This document shows positions 1 through 11,841 of a DNA stretch of 64,000 nt, piece after piece (position 1 is the first letter of the stretch; the number at the start of each line of letters is the position of its first letter). The notes beneath the pieces are model-generated. The model was given only the letters and a program-made list of their open reading frames with translations. It was not told where the DNA came from and made no database searches. Origin of the DNA: Deltaproteobacteria bacterium (GTDB taxonomy: Bacteria; Myxococcota_A; UBA9160; SMWR01); assembly GCA_032128375.1 (NCBI GenBank), contig JAQBGU010000181.1, positions 1-64,000 of the forward strand. The letters run 5' to 3'. Position numbers and translations under genes: made by a program.

Positions 1-94
1 CCGGCCAGGTCGTTGTGGTTCCTCAGGGGGCTCCGAGGCGGTTGTCAGTTCGGAGAGTTCGGGAAACTCCTGTCCGGCTCGGTCGGCAGCGGAA

Positions 95-110
95 TGTTCC
101 ACGTGGAACG
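95..110. promoter_or_regulatory. parS centromere-like site
   Basis: TGTTCCACGTGGAACG, a near-perfect palindrome matching the bacterial parS consensus (Myxococcus-type variant), just upstream of rsmG-parA-parB. Confidence 0.93.
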
Positions 111-197
111 CAAGCAACGATCCTTGGATCGCAATGGCGTGAGTCCTTCCCCGCCAGGTTGGATTGCCGAGATCTCAGTATTAGAGACTAGCGGCAG

Positions 198-213
198 TGT
201 TCCACGTGGAACG
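198..213. promoter_or_regulatory. parS centromere-like site (second copy)
   Basis: Identical 16-mer TGTTCCACGTGGAACG, 103 bp after the first copy. Confidence 0.93.
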
Positions 214-269
214 TAAACGAGCTGTCGTACCCGCGTATTACCGCACCGTGTAGTACCGTGTAAGTACAC

Positions 270-908
270 GTGACTGAATCGCACGCCACGCGCGACCTTC
301 TGGAATCCGGATTCGGCGAACTCGGGGTTGAAGCCACTGCTCACCAGATTGATTCTCTGCGCGCGCTATCGGAGCTGCTGTTTCGATGGTCGAAGACCGT
401 GAATCTCACCGGACACCGCACACTGAACGAGATCGTGAAGCGGTTGGTGCTCGACGCTGCCGCGTTGGCGGTACACCTACCTGAAGTGACGAGCCTGGCC
501 GATATCGGTTCCGGCGCCGGGTTCCCAGGACTCCCGATCGCGATACTGCGGCCAGCTACGCGTGTCGTTCTCGTTGAGTCCCGAGAGCGACGTCACCACT
601 TTCAGTGCGAGGCGATTCGTGCGCTGGGACTCGAAAACGTCCTAGCCAGGCTGGGCCGCGCCGAACAGCTGGATGAGCCGCAGTGTGCAGCAGCAATCGC
701 GCAGGCGGTCGCACCGAGCGATGCTGTTCCGTTGTTGCTGCATTGGGTGCGGCCAGGAGGACTGCTTCTGTTCCCCGGGTCAGAGCAAGCCCCGGAACTT
801 CCACAGGACCCGAGGTTTGTTGTCGAGAAACGTGTGCATTACCGGGTTCCGTGCGGAGGACCGATTCGGACTCTTTGGATGGCGAGAAAACCCGCCACCG
901 GCAAGTAG
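270..908 (+). CDS. rsmG: 16S rRNA m7G527 methyltransferase RsmG (GidB)
   Basis: W...NLT, DIGSGAGFPGLP and LVES motifs; canonical position upstream of parA. Confidence 0.92.
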   Translation: MTESHATRDLLESGFGELGVEATAHQIDSLRALSELLFRWSKTVNLTGHRTLNEIVKRLVLDAAALAVHLPEVTSLADIGSGAGFPGLPIAILRPATRVVLVESRERRHHFQCEAIRALGLENVLARLGRAEQLDEPQCAAAIAQAVAPSDAVPLLLHWVRPGGLLLFPGSEQAPELPQDPRFVVEKRVHYRVPCGGPIRTLWMARKPATGK

Positions 909-1080
909 CGTTGGATCGTTGAAGAGCCCCTCCTTCGGCGGATGATTGACATGTTCACAATCCTCAAAGACCTGTGGTACCTTGTCCAAGCCCAATTTCC
1001 CCCCGGGAATCATCTTACAGAACAACCTTTCTTTCCTACCCTCGACAAGACAAACCTCACAGAAAGGATCCGGGGGATTG

Positions 1081-1977
1081 ATGCCGAATCTCAGCCGCGT
1101 GCTCGCGGTCGTCAATCAAAAGGGCGGTGTCGGCAAGACAACGACTGCGGTGAATCTGGCGGCTTCCATCGCGGCCTCGGAGCGGAGCACACTACTCATC
1201 GATTTTGATCCGCAGGCCAACGCGACCAGCGCCTTTGGCATAAATAACGCGACGCGTCAAATTTATCATGCGCTGATCGGTGACTGTGTGGTGAAGGATC
1301 TCGCAGTTCCCACCGAGCTCGAATATCTGCAACTGGTGCCCTCGGGTCGTGATTTGTACGGCGCCGAAATCGAATTGGTATCGATGGCGAACCGCGAGCA
1401 CTGCCTCGAACGAGCCCTCGCCGACCTGCGCGATGCTTTCGAGTACGTGGTGATCGATTGCCCGCCCTCGTTAGGCCTGCTGACTCTCAATGCACTGACC
1501 GCTGCTGACGCGATCGTGATCCCGCTGCAATGCGAGTACTACGCGCTCGAGGGGCTCGCCGGCTTGATGGAAACCGTGGCACTCGTTCGCGAGAGCCTCA
1601 ACCCGCAGTTGGAGGTCGAGGGCATCGTGCTGACGATGGTCGACGCACGCAACAACCTGAGCCGGCAGGTTGAACAAGAAGTGCGTGACCACTTCAAGGA
1701 CAGCGTGTTTCGGACGATGATCCCGCGCAACGTTCGGCTCAGCGAAGCGCCAAGCCATGGCAAGCCCGTGTTGTTGTACGACATCCAATCGAAGGGTGCG
1801 GTCGCTTATTTGCGGCTGGCGGATGAAATTCTCAAACGAGGCGAGCGCGTGTTAGTTCCGCCTGCTCTCGATGGGAGTGCCGATGGCGGGGTCCCTGGTG
1901 GGAGCGGCTGCGGAAACCGTGAGGCCGATGGTGGTTCGGAAGGTGAAGTTCCGGGACAACATGGAGGCAAGCGATGA
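1081..1977 (+). CDS. parA: Chromosome partitioning ATPase ParA/Soj
   Basis: NQKGGVGKTTT deviant Walker A, DFDPQANAT, IDCPPSLG, IPRNVRLSEAPSHG; start moved to ATG 1081 after a G-rich RBS. Confidence 0.96.
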   Translation: MPNLSRVLAVVNQKGGVGKTTTAVNLAASIAASERSTLLIDFDPQANATSAFGINNATRQIYHALIGDCVVKDLAVPTELEYLQLVPSGRDLYGAEIELVSMANREHCLERALADLRDAFEYVVIDCPPSLGLLTLNALTAADAIVIPLQCEYYALEGLAGLMETVALVRESLNPQLEVEGIVLTMVDARNNLSRQVEQEVRDHFKDSVFRTMIPRNVRLSEAPSHGKPVLLYDIQSKGAVAYLRLADEILKRGERVLVPPALDGSADGGVPGGSGCGNREADGGSEGEVPGQHGGKR

Positions 1978-2885
1978 CCAATCAACGCAAAGCTCTCGGC
2001 CGTGGCATCGGGGCGTTGATTCCCGGCGCTGGCACGAGTGCGTCACAGCACGTGGCACCACGGCAGGAATCGAATGATTCGGAGCCCGTCGCGGACACGG
2101 GTTCAACCCGCCTGCCAGTCGACAAGATCATTCCGAATCCAGACCAACCTCGTCGCACCTTCGATCCGCAGCACCTCGAACGGTTGTCGAACTCGATCCG
2201 ACTACACGGTGTGATTCAGCCAATCGTGGTCCGACGGGCGGGCAGCCAATACGAGCTGATCTGCGGCGAACAACGCTGGCGGGCGGCTGCACTGGCCGGA
2301 CTCGAATCCATCCCAGCGGTTGTGAGCGATGTCGACATCGCCGAGCGCCTGGAGTTGGCTCTGATCGAAAATGTTCAACGCGCGGACTTGAATCCAATCG
2401 AACTGGCACACGCATTCCACGCACTCGGCGCGGCCGGGGCTACGCAGGAAGAAATCGGACGTCGCGTGTGCCTGGATCGCTCGACGATTTCCAACCACCT
2501 GCGCTTGCTGGAGCTCCCACACGAGCAGCAGGCCGATGTAGAGGCTGGACGGCTCACGATCGGTCATGCCAAGGCGCTACTTGGCGTCAATAACCCAGAG
2601 CGGCGAAGCCATTTGCGCGACCGGATCATCCGCGAATCGCTGTCGGTGCGGGCGAGCGAGGCGCTGGCGCGTGAAACTTCGGCTCAAGGCTCGCCCGCAA
2701 AGCCTCGAGGTAGCGATCCGCGCCCCGCGACCGATCCAAACCTGTTGCGTCTCGTCGATACGCTGCGTCAACGGATGCAGACGCGAGTGCGCATCAATGG
2801 CACTGCGGAACGCGGGCGGGTCGAGATCGAGTACTTTGGCAGCGACGATCTCACCCGGATTGCGAGCTTGTTGATGGGCGACTGA
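1974..2885 (+). CDS. parB: Chromosome partitioning protein ParB/Spo0J
   Basis: ALGRG N-terminus, PNPDQPRR, GEQRWRA box, ALIENVQRADL, HTH; ATGA overlap with parA. Confidence 0.96.
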   Translation: MTNQRKALGRGIGALIPGAGTSASQHVAPRQESNDSEPVADTGSTRLPVDKIIPNPDQPRRTFDPQHLERLSNSIRLHGVIQPIVVRRAGSQYELICGEQRWRAAALAGLESIPAVVSDVDIAERLELALIENVQRADLNPIELAHAFHALGAAGATQEEIGRRVCLDRSTISNHLRLLELPHEQQADVEAGRLTIGHAKALLGVNNPERRSHLRDRIIRESLSVRASEALARETSAQGSPAKPRGSDPRPATDPNLLRLVDTLRQRMQTRVRINGTAERGRVEIEYFGSDDLTRIASLLMGD

Positions 2886-2913
2886 CCCTTCACGGCGCCC
2901 CTCAACAAGGCCA

Positions 2914-3276
2914 TTGAAGCCCCAACGGAAAATTGTGGACCTCGAAGCCCCGTCAGCCCTGAAACCCGGCGCGGAATTCACAGGACGGGTTCACGTCTTC
3001 ACGCCAGCGCGTCTCGATGGCTGTATTGACGGTGAAATCACCTCGGTCGCTCGGCTGTGGATTGGTCCTGCCGCGAAGATTCGAGCCCGCGTCAGCGCCC
3101 CGGAGATCATTGTGGAGGGTCGCATCGAGGGGGAGTTGCACGCGACCCAGCGGATCGAACTTCGCCCCACCGCCCACGTCGAGGCAGACATCTTCACGCC
3201 TAGCCTCGACCTGCAAGAGGGCGCGATCCTGCAGGGTCGCTGTATCACCATTCGATCGGACGACCCGCGACCGTAG
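2914..3276 (+). CDS. Bactofilin (polymer-forming cytoskeletal protein)
   Basis: Beta-helix repeat pattern (F.G......RLDG.IDGEI ... IIVEGRIEGEL ... EGAILQGRC); position after parB as for myxobacterial bacM; start uncertain. Confidence 0.85.
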   Translation: MKPQRKIVDLEAPSALKPGAEFTGRVHVFTPARLDGCIDGEITSVARLWIGPAAKIRARVSAPEIIVEGRIEGELHATQRIELRPTAHVEADIFTPSLDLQEGAILQGRCITIRSDDPRP

Positions 3277-3593
3277 CGTGAAGCGAACTCCCCGATCACC
3301 TTGAAGTTCCCACCAGCTATGTAAAACTTGCGCGTCCCCCCGGCGGGTCGCGGAGCGCTGCGATCCGCCACCGGTTTTTTGGCGGCTTTCAAATCTGTCT
3401 CACGGCTATCTCCCAAGCCGCGGTGTCCGCACCTGGCGACCCCGGCAAGCGCGAGTCAGGCATGAGGGAAGTCGGAGCGAAGCAAACACGAACTACACAC
3501 GAAGTCACTCGCTCGAACAGCCAAGCAGGTCCGGCGACTGATGCAGAAAGATCTGGAATCGATTCGTTCCTTCACCACACTGAATTAGGTTGA

Positions 3594-4202
3594 TTGGAAC
3601 CGATGCGGAAATCATCTCAGAGCGGGGTCCCAGTGAGAACTCGACATCATACGAAGACTCGGGCGAATCAGCACTGCCGCGCGCCCGGCAACTTTTCGGG
3701 TGTTTCGCTTGTAGCTGTCGCAATCATTGGAACCTTCTCAGCACCGGCATTCGCGTCGGACACCAACCTGGTCCTGATTCCGGATTGGACGGGCATCCTT
3801 CCGCTGCTGCTCGTGTTCTTTGTGTTGCTGATGTTCCCCGCCAACAAGTTGCTGTTCAAACCCATATTCCGCGTCCTCGACGAGCGCGAGAAGCAAACGA
3901 GTGGAACCCGGCGGCGCGCTGACAAGATCATGCGTGATGCCGAGACGACACTCGCCGACTACGAGCGGGCTGTGCGCGATGTGCGCGAAGAAGCGGAGCG
4001 CGATCGAAAATCCGACGTTGCGGTTGCACGCCAAGAGAATGCTTCGGTAACGGTGGCGGCGCGCGAACAAGCCCAAGCCGAGGCGGAACGCGCGGCTCGG
4101 GAGCTGGCCGAGGCACTGGAAGACGCTCGCGTAGTGATGCGCGAGCAAGCCGAGAGCATCGCCAGCGAAGCCGCCGCGAGCGTGCTCGGGAGACCGCTAT
4201 GA
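3594..4202 (+). CDS. ATP synthase Fo subunit b'
   Basis: One TM helix, then LLFKPIFRVLDERE and a long Ala/Glu/Arg coiled coil; first of two b-type genes; true start probably downstream of 3594. Confidence 0.85.
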   Translation: MEPMRKSSQSGVPVRTRHHTKTRANQHCRAPGNFSGVSLVAVAIIGTFSAPAFASDTNLVLIPDWTGILPLLLVFFVLLMFPANKLLFKPIFRVLDEREKQTSGTRRRADKIMRDAETTLADYERAVRDVREEAERDRKSDVAVARQENASVTVAAREQAQAEAERAARELAEALEDARVVMREQAESIASEAAASVLGRPL

Positions 4203-4807
4203 AATTCGCCCTGGCTCGTCAGCTGACTATCATGACAGCCGCAGCTTTGATCGTGTTGACGTTGCCGGCCCTGGCTTCCGATGACTCACACGAAAGCGGC
4301 GCGGGTGTCATGATCAAGACAGCCCTCAACCTCGCGCTGCTGCTGGGCGCTCTGGTCTATTTCGCACGCAAGCCCGTGCTCGATTATTTCGAGAGCCGCC
4401 GCCGGACCATCGAAGAGGACCTGGCAGGGGCCGCCGCTCAACTCAGGGGCGCCGAGGCCACTTTCTCGAAATGGCAGCGACGCGTGATCGATCTCGGATC
4501 CGAACTCGAACAGATTCGCACGACGTCTCGTCAGCGGGCGGAGTCCGAACGTGAGCGCATCATCACCGAAGCCGAGGCGGCGGCACAGCGCATTCGTGAC
4601 AACGCGAGCGCGGCCATCACACAGGAACTCCGGCGCGCTCGACAGCAGCTCCGGGAGGAGGCGGCCCAACTTGCGATCGATATGGCTGCTCAAAGGCTCG
4701 CGCGCGAAGTCACAGACGCCGATCGCGACCGACTGCTAAACGAGTTCATCGACAGGGTCGAGCAAGGCGGTCCCGGCCCGGCTCTTGGCCAACGCGGGGA
4801 GGCATAG
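4199..4807 (+). CDS. atpF: ATP synthase Fo subunit b
   Basis: TM helix, then YFARKPV.DYF..RR..I and a coiled coil; operon context. Confidence 0.88.
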   Translation: MKFALARQLTIMTAAALIVLTLPALASDDSHESGAGVMIKTALNLALLLGALVYFARKPVLDYFESRRRTIEEDLAGAAAQLRGAEATFSKWQRRVIDLGSELEQIRTTSRQRAESERERIITEAEAAAQRIRDNASAAITQELRRARQQLREEAAQLAIDMAAQRLAREVTDADRDRLLNEFIDRVEQGGPGPALGQRGEA

Positions 4808-4808
4808 C

Positions 4809-5384
4809 GTGCCGAACACCGGAGCAGCACGACGCTATGCGAAAGCGCTGTTTTCACTGGCGTCGGAAGAGGGCGAGGTGCAATCCATCCGCGACCAACT
4901 CGCCGGCATGGAACAACTCTTCGACGATAACCCGGAACTACGACGTCGGCTCTTTCAGCCGCTTCATCCGGTGGTCGAGCGCCGCGCGGTATTGATCGGC
5001 GTGTGCGACCGCGGTGGACTGAGCCGCAGTGTGCGGAACTTCTTCTCGTACCTGATCGACCAGCGGCGCCTGGTCGATTTTGCGGGGATCCGCGACGAGT
5101 ACGAGCGCTTGGCTGACGAGGCTGCGGGCCGCGTGCGTGCAGAGTTGCGCAGCGCAAGCCCGCTCGACGCGCAGCAACGCGAGCGCGTAACGGCAGCGCT
5201 TGCACGGCGAACCGGGAAGCAGATCGAACTCACAGTACATGTCGACCCAACACTGCTGGGCGGTGTAATCGCGACGGTTGGTGGCCTGGTTTTCGACGGC
5301 AGTCTCAAAAGCCAGCTATCGCAGCTGCGTGCCACACTCATCAAGGGCAGCGTGCAAGGGAGTACGGCTCAACAAGAACGCTAG
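4809..5384 (+). CDS. atpH: ATP synthase F1 subunit delta
   Basis: ARRYAKALF and VDPTLLGG...[13 protein letters not shown] start placed just after the atpF stop. Confidence 0.93.
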   Translation: MPNTGAARRYAKALFSLASEEGEVQSIRDQLAGMEQLFDDNPELRRRLFQPLHPVVERRAVLIGVCDRGGLSRSVRNFFSYLIDQRRLVDFAGIRDEYERLADEAAGRVRAELRSASPLDAQQRERVTAALARRTGKQIELTVHVDPTLLGGVIATVGGLVFDGSLKSQLSQLRATLIKGSVQGSTAQQER

Positions 5385-5488
5385 TCTGCCGTGCCGACTG
5401 CAACGACCGACACACTTCTCGCTCACGAAGGAACATCGCACGAAGCGACCTGAAGCAACCCGAAACAATTACGAGGACAACAAGTCGA

Positions 5489-7036
5489 ATGGACATCAAA
5501 CCGGCCGAGATCACCGACATTCTGAAGCGTGAGATCAAGGAGTACGATCGCGAGATCGACGTTGCCGAGACCGGATCCGTGCTGTCAGTCGGCGACGGTA
5601 TCGCACGCGTTTATGGACTCGACAACGCAATGGCCGGAGAACTCATCGAATTTCCGGGCGGCCTCTCGGGTCTGGTGTTGAATCTGGAAGAGGACAACGT
5701 CGGAATCGCACTGATGGGCGAATCCCACCACGTGCGCGAAGGCGACATCGTGCGCCGCACGAACCGGATCATCGAGGTTCCAGTCGGCGAAGCGTTGATC
5801 GGTCGCGTGGTGGATGCGCTCGGCAATGCGATCGACGGTGGAGCGCCGATCGAGACCGACGAGCGACGTCGAGTCGAGCTGAAGGCTCCAGGCATTGTCG
5901 CGCGACAAGGTGTAAGCGAGCCGCTGCAGACCGGAATCAAGGCCATCGATGCGATGATCCCGATCGGCCGCGGCCAGCGAGAACTGATCATCAGCGACCG
6001 CGGGACGGGCAAGACCGCAATCGCCATCGACGCGATCATCAACCAGAAGGACACCGACGTCTACTGCATTTACGTGGCGATTGGCCAGAAGCAGTCGACT
6101 GTTGCGCAGGTCGTCGAAAAGTTGACCCGGTACGGCGCGATGGCATACACGATCGTCGTTGCGGCGACCGCGAGTGAGCCGGCGCCGCTTCAATACATCT
6201 CCCCGTACAGCGGCGTCACGATGGGTGAGTGGTTCCGCGATAACGGCAAGCACGCGTTGATCGTCTATGACGATCTGTCCAAGCAAGCCGTCGCGTATCG
6301 CCAGTTGTCACTACTGCTGCGCCGCCCGCCTGGACGCGAGGCGTATCCAGGCGACGTGTTCTATGTGCATTCTCGGTTGCTCGAGCGAGCCGCGAAGATG
6401 AGCGATGCTGAAGGGGGCGGCAGCCTGACCGCGCTACCCATCATCGAAACCCAGGCGGGAGACGTCTCGGCGTACTTTCCGACCAATGTCATTTCGATTA
6501 CCGACGGTCAGATCTTCCTGGAAACCGACCTGTTCAACTCTGGAATCAGGCCGGCCGTGAACGTCGGCATTTCGGTTTCCCGGGTGGGTGGTGCCGCACA
6601 GACGAAGGCGACCAAGTCCGTTGCCGGCAAGCTCAAAATGAGCCTCGCCCAGTACCGCGAAATGGCCGCGTTCTCTCAGTTCGGCAGCGATCTCGACCGG
6701 GCGACCCAGGAGCAGCTCGCCAACGGCGCGCGCCAGACTGAAATGCTCAAGCAGCCCCAGTACTCCCCAATGAAGATGGAGGAGCAAGTAATCTCGATCT
6801 TCGCGGCGACTCCTCGCGATGGCCGCGACTCCTGGGTTCGGAAGCTCGAAATCAACGAAGTGCTCCGGTACGAATCTGAGATGCTCGATTTCGTCCGTCG
6901 AGATCATGCAGAGCTGCTCGCGACGATCCGCGACACCGGCAAAGTTGACTCGGATACCGAACAGAGGATGATCGCCGTCCTCGACGCATTCGCCGGTGTT
7001 TTTCAGCCCAGTTCCAGCGGGAGTGAGGCCGCCTAG
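5489..7036 (+). CDS. atpA: ATP synthase F1 subunit alpha
   Basis: [40 protein letters not shown]. Confidence 0.99.
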   Translation: MDIKPAEITDILKREIKEYDREIDVAETGSVLSVGDGIARVYGLDNAMAGELIEFPGGLSGLVLNLEEDNVGIALMGESHHVREGDIVRRTNRIIEVPVGEALIGRVVDALGNAIDGGAPIETDERRRVELKAPGIVARQGVSEPLQTGIKAIDAMIPIGRGQRELIISDRGTGKTAIAIDAIINQKDTDVYCIYVAIGQKQSTVAQVVEKLTRYGAMAYTIVVAATASEPAPLQYISPYSGVTMGEWFRDNGKHALIVYDDLSKQAVAYRQLSLLLRRPPGREAYPGDVFYVHSRLLERAAKMSDAEGGGSLTALPIIETQAGDVSAYFPTNVISITDGQIFLETDLFNSGIRPAVNVGISVSRVGGAAQTKATKSVAGKLKMSLAQYREMAAFSQFGSDLDRATQEQLANGARQTEMLKQPQYSPMKMEEQVISIFAATPRDGRDSWVRKLEINEVLRYESEMLDFVRRDHAELLATIRDTGKVDSDTEQRMIAVLDAFAGVFQPSSSGSEAA

Positions 7037-9360
<2,324 letters not shown>

Positions 9361-9449
9361 GAAGCTGTCATGAGCCGCAAGTCGTGGCAAATAAGTCGCT
9401 CGCCCGGTAGGCAGGACGATATGCGAGCCAAAAATAACAGGAGATCGAT

Positions 9450-9860
9450 GTGCCGTTCGAACTGACGATCGTGACGCCCGAGGGACCCGCCTACCAGGGA
9501 AGCGTCGATCGCGTCGTGCTGCCGGGCAGCGAAGGGGAATTCGGAATACTCGCGAACCACGAGCGCTTTCTTTCTCCACTGAAAATCGGTGCTCTCGAGA
9601 TCCAGACCGCGGAAGGCGCGCTGTACGCGGTGATCACCGATGGTTTCGCTGAGGTGAACGGTGACGAAGTCACCGTGCTGGTCGATGCTTGCGTGATGGA
9701 GCACGATATAGACTCCGCGAGGGTTGATGCCGACCTGAGCGAAGCGGAGCAAGCGCTGGAACGCGCCGCCGGAGATGAGCCCGAGCGCTACCGAAGTTTC
9801 GAAGCGGCGCTGGAAAGTGCCCGCGCTCGCGTCGACGTCAGTCGCAAGAAATCCGGCTGA
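9450..9860 (+). CDS. atpC: ATP synthase F1 subunit epsilon
   Basis: IVTPE, PG.EGEFGIL.NH, GFAEV; AGGAG RBS upstream. Confidence 0.95.
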   Translation: MPFELTIVTPEGPAYQGSVDRVVLPGSEGEFGILANHERFLSPLKIGALEIQTAEGALYAVITDGFAEVNGDEVTVLVDACVMEHDIDSARVDADLSEAEQALERAAGDEPERYRSFEAALESARARVDVSRKKSG

Positions 9861-9990
9861 CGGCGCGCGCCAGAACGCGGAATCACACGAGGGAATGACT
9901 CGAGCGGATGACTCGAGACAGGTGTTTGAGCGAGGAGGCGGTATTGCGACAAATTGCGACTGCTCGGGCCTGCGTCTTTGCCGGCCCGGT

Positions 9991-10572
9991 TCAAGCCGAG
10001 CGGCGTGCTTTCAGCTTGGCTTTTCCATCTTCGATCACTACGCGGAACTTCACTTCGCAGTCTCCGAATTGCTCACGGAGTGCGGCCTTTTGTTTATCCA
10101 AAATCGCGTCGAGCTTGTCGGCGCTGATTCGCTCGACGGATTGGCCGCAGCTGCGTCGCGCTTCGAGGTAGGTATCGTAGATTTCGCGTCGGTCGTTCGG
10201 AGCGTCTGCGGGCGAGGGCGAACCCGCATTCGCTTCGTGAAGCTTCGCCTTGAAGCGATGGCGCTCATAGGTGCCGAGTTCGATCTTTCGCAGCGTTTCT
10301 GTCCACTGGCGCCTAAAGGCCTGGTAGCGGGAGTTGATTGAACTGAATTTGAAGCGCACCGCGGTGTTCTGTATTGATTGATTGCTGTAGACAATGACGG
10401 TCTTTTGGATTTCGTCGCGTAGCTGTATGGGCTCGCGCGGCCGTGCACCCAGGAAATACTGGTCGTAGGCAAGCTTCAATTGGTTGAGCTTGCGACTCAG
10501 GATCGCGAGGTCTTGCTCCGTCGGCAACGACATCTCCGTTTGGATGAGGTTCCCTGACGAATCGGCTCCCAT
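9991..10572 (-). CDS. Conserved myxobacterial-type protein resembling the MXAN_5187 C-terminal domain family
   Basis: Recalled motifs LK.AYDQYFLG...REP, NTAVRFKF and C-terminal V.FRVVIEDGKAKLKA; function unknown; alternative start ATG 10533. Confidence 0.65.
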   Translation of the reverse strand: MGADSSGNLIQTEMSLPTEQDLAILSRKLNQLKLAYDQYFLGARPREPIQLRDEIQKTVIVYSNQSIQNTAVRFKFSSINSRYQAFRRQWTETLRKIELGTYERHRFKAKLHEANAGSPSPADAPNDRREIYDTYLEARRSCGQSVERISADKLDAILDKQKAALREQFGDCEVKFRVVIEDGKAKLKARRSA

Positions 10573-10637
10573 CGCTCCGCGCTGAAGTCACGATGTGGCG
10601 AATTGGCCACTCATGCGAAGTCCCCCCGGGTCTAGAA

Positions 10638-11104
10638 TGGCGGCTCGAGTACACGGAGCCCGGCGACGCGGAAACGATCGATCTCGAGGGCGCCAATTGG
10701 GCACCCGGTTTCCCGGATCTCCACTACCACGCTGGCCTGATATTCTGTGACAGTCGTCCATGACAGATTATTGTCTGCGTCATATCTTGCGTCATTTCAG
10801 TCATCATAGACATTGGTGAATCTGGCACGACCGCATTCCTGGCCCCAACCGTCGTGTCGCCTCACGAGAGCTGACGATCAGCTTGACGCGGCTTGCGTCA
10901 TTGATTGGGAGCCGCCCCGGCGCTTTGCCGAATTCTCACCGCCGGAGGCGGCGGCTGCATGTACGGCACGACCCACTCGCGTGATTGGCGTGGAAGCCGA
11001 GCGGGGGAACGTTGCCGCCGGGTGCCCAGGCGGACTTGGTGGTGCTCGATGATTCCGCTGAGGTGCACGACGCTTGGATCGGTGGGATCAGCCAGGCCCA
11101 CTGA
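10638..11104 (+). pseudogene. Degraded, internally deleted amidohydrolase gene (N-acetylglucosamine-6-phosphate deacetylase-like)
   Basis: Fragment 1 ETIDLEGANWAPGFPDLHYH (10671-10730); fragment 2 EAAAACTARPTRVIGVEAERGNVAAG, then a +1 frameshift into QADLVVLDDSAEVHDAWIGG; the central catalytic region is absent. Confidence 0.7.
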
Positions 11105-11822
11105 GCCTAAGCAGATTCTCTAGCAGACGCTCGAGATCAATCTGCGAATCCTCGATTGCGAACCCCGGACCGCCCGGTACGTCAGCTCCGGTTGCAAAAG
11201 CATCTGCGCGCGGAGGAATCTCGCCCAGTAGACGATCGCCGAGCAACTCACGTAGCGCGCCGAGGTTGGCCTCGTCGGCTGCAGTCAGCACGCCGTCGGC
11301 GTGAGAAATGATGACCCCGACGACCTCGAGCCCGCGTTGCCGCGCGACCTCCAGACTGAGCCGAGTGTGGTTGATTGTGCCCAGCGCGGCTCGCGCTACC
11401 AACAGCGCGGGAAGTCGCAAGCGACGCGCGAGGTCCAGCATGTCAAAGCCATGCTGGATCGGCACCAGTAACCCGCCAGCGCCTTCGGCGACAACGAAAT
11501 CGCTGCCCGCTCGCACGCGGTCATAGGCGGCGGTGATCGCCGACAGATCGACGCGTCTACCGGCAGCAGCAGCGGCGACAGACGGAGCCGCCGGCAGCTC
11601 GAACTGTTGGGGGCAAACGTCGCCAATCGGATCGCGCTCTCCAGACGCGTGGCGCAACGCCATCGCATCCACCGGCCCAGCGGCACCCACGCCCGTCTCA
11701 ATGGGCTTGATGACCCCAGTCTCGATGCCGCGGCCCCGCAGCCTTCGGATCAGCTCACAGGCCACCACGGTCTTGCCAACCCCTGTATCGGTGCCGGTGA
11801 CGAAGACTCCCAGCGGAGTCAC
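11088..11822 (-). CDS. bioD: Dethiobiotin synthase
   Basis: FVTGTDTGVGKT, KPIETG, EGAGG, LGTINHT. Confidence 0.96.
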   Translation of the reverse strand: MTPLGVFVTGTDTGVGKTVVACELIRRLRGRGIETGVIKPIETGVGAAGPVDAMALRHASGERDPIGDVCPQQFELPAAPSVAAAAAGRRVDLSAITAAYDRVRAGSDFVVAEGAGGLLVPIQHGFDMLDLARRLRLPALLVARAALGTINHTRLSLEVARQRGLEVVGVIISHADGVLTAADEANLGALRELLGDRLLGEIPPRADAFATGADVPGGPGFAIEDSQIDLERLLENLLRLSGPG

Positions 11823-11841
11823 CGCCTGGCACCCTTCGAGT

